Origin: Stegostoma tigrinum
Lineage: Eukaryota
Direction of reading: 5' to 3'
Length of the DNA: 64,000 bases
Assembly (NCBI RefSeq): GCF_030684315.1
Contig: NC_081371.1
Span: 10,113,441-10,177,440 of the forward strand
The translations under genes and the position numbers were made by a program. Numbering within the stretch: position 1 is the stretch's first letter; every line of letters begins with the position of its first letter. Of the stretch, positions 63,511 to 64,000 are shown one piece after another. The notes beneath the pieces were generated by a model, which ran no database searches, was not told the DNA's origin, and saw nothing but the letters and a program-made list of their open reading frames with translations.

Positions 63511-64000
63511 CAAGATTAATTTAGGCTGGCAGGTTTGCTTGGGGAAATGGTGAGGAATTGTGAAGTTGGATGTATATTGTGGCGTTGAGTTTAAGTACTT
63601 TTGGGGATTGAATTTTCCCTTGGAATTAAATAGTTTGTGAATTAAACAAGCTTTTAACAATGAGACTTTTCTTGTTTAATTGTTCTAAAATTGTGAATAG
63701 TTGATTTTATTTTGTTAAAGTTGTGATTGATATAAACCATTTTTTTGGAAATTGTGAACTTTTTTGACTCTAGTTGCAATCCTCTTTCTGAAGAAATGCA
63801 GCATGTAAAAATGGAGGTAGAAAAATTGTGACTAATGTTATAATTTAATGCAAAGTTCAGAAAAGGAGAAATAGAATAAATTCTTTTTAAGGAAAGAGCT
63901 TGAATTAAGCCACTGGAAAATAAAAGCTTGACAAAACAGATTACACTGTACCTCCTGATATCCGCTTCAGAAGGGTACACCCAGCTATAGCTAAGGATTC

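Noticed and set aside
1-64000. CRISPR arrays or prokaryotic operons/defence systems
   Set aside because: Sequence is eukaryotic (spliced gene, LINEs, CpG island); no regularly spaced repeat array was seen.

Overview
Vertebrate genomic DNA, almost certainly from a cartilaginous fish (shark). This is inferred from HER1-type CR1 LINEs with (AGAACAT)n tails, shark-type tRNA SINEs and abundant Penelope-like elements (PLEs). The one recognisable gene is ZCRB1 (U11/U12-31K, minor spliceosome) on the minus strand. It has 7 coding exons from 30684 to 11881 (669 nt, 222 aa, all introns GT-AG) and a probable non-coding exon 1 in a CpG island at ~47.3-48.4 kb. The island looks like a bidirectional promoter; PPHLN1 is expected on the + strand from human synteny, but I found no coding exon for it. 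The rest is mostly transposon-derived (CR1, L2-like, Rex1, RTE, SINEs, probable solo LTRs). The most striking signal is a window-wide set of PLE derivatives from two lineages (Neptune-like and Poseidon-like). Most are fold-back (inverted-repeat) insertions with 8-15 bp target-site duplications, a one-sided ~30-45 nt tail, and minimal type I hammerhead ribozyme motifs (CTGANGA-stem II-GAAA-CGTH), usually on both strands. One copy (16570-17021) contains a ~248-nt retrozyme-like unit whose junction falls exactly at the predicted ribozyme cleavage site. All calls were made by eye, and boundaries of old repeats are approximate.
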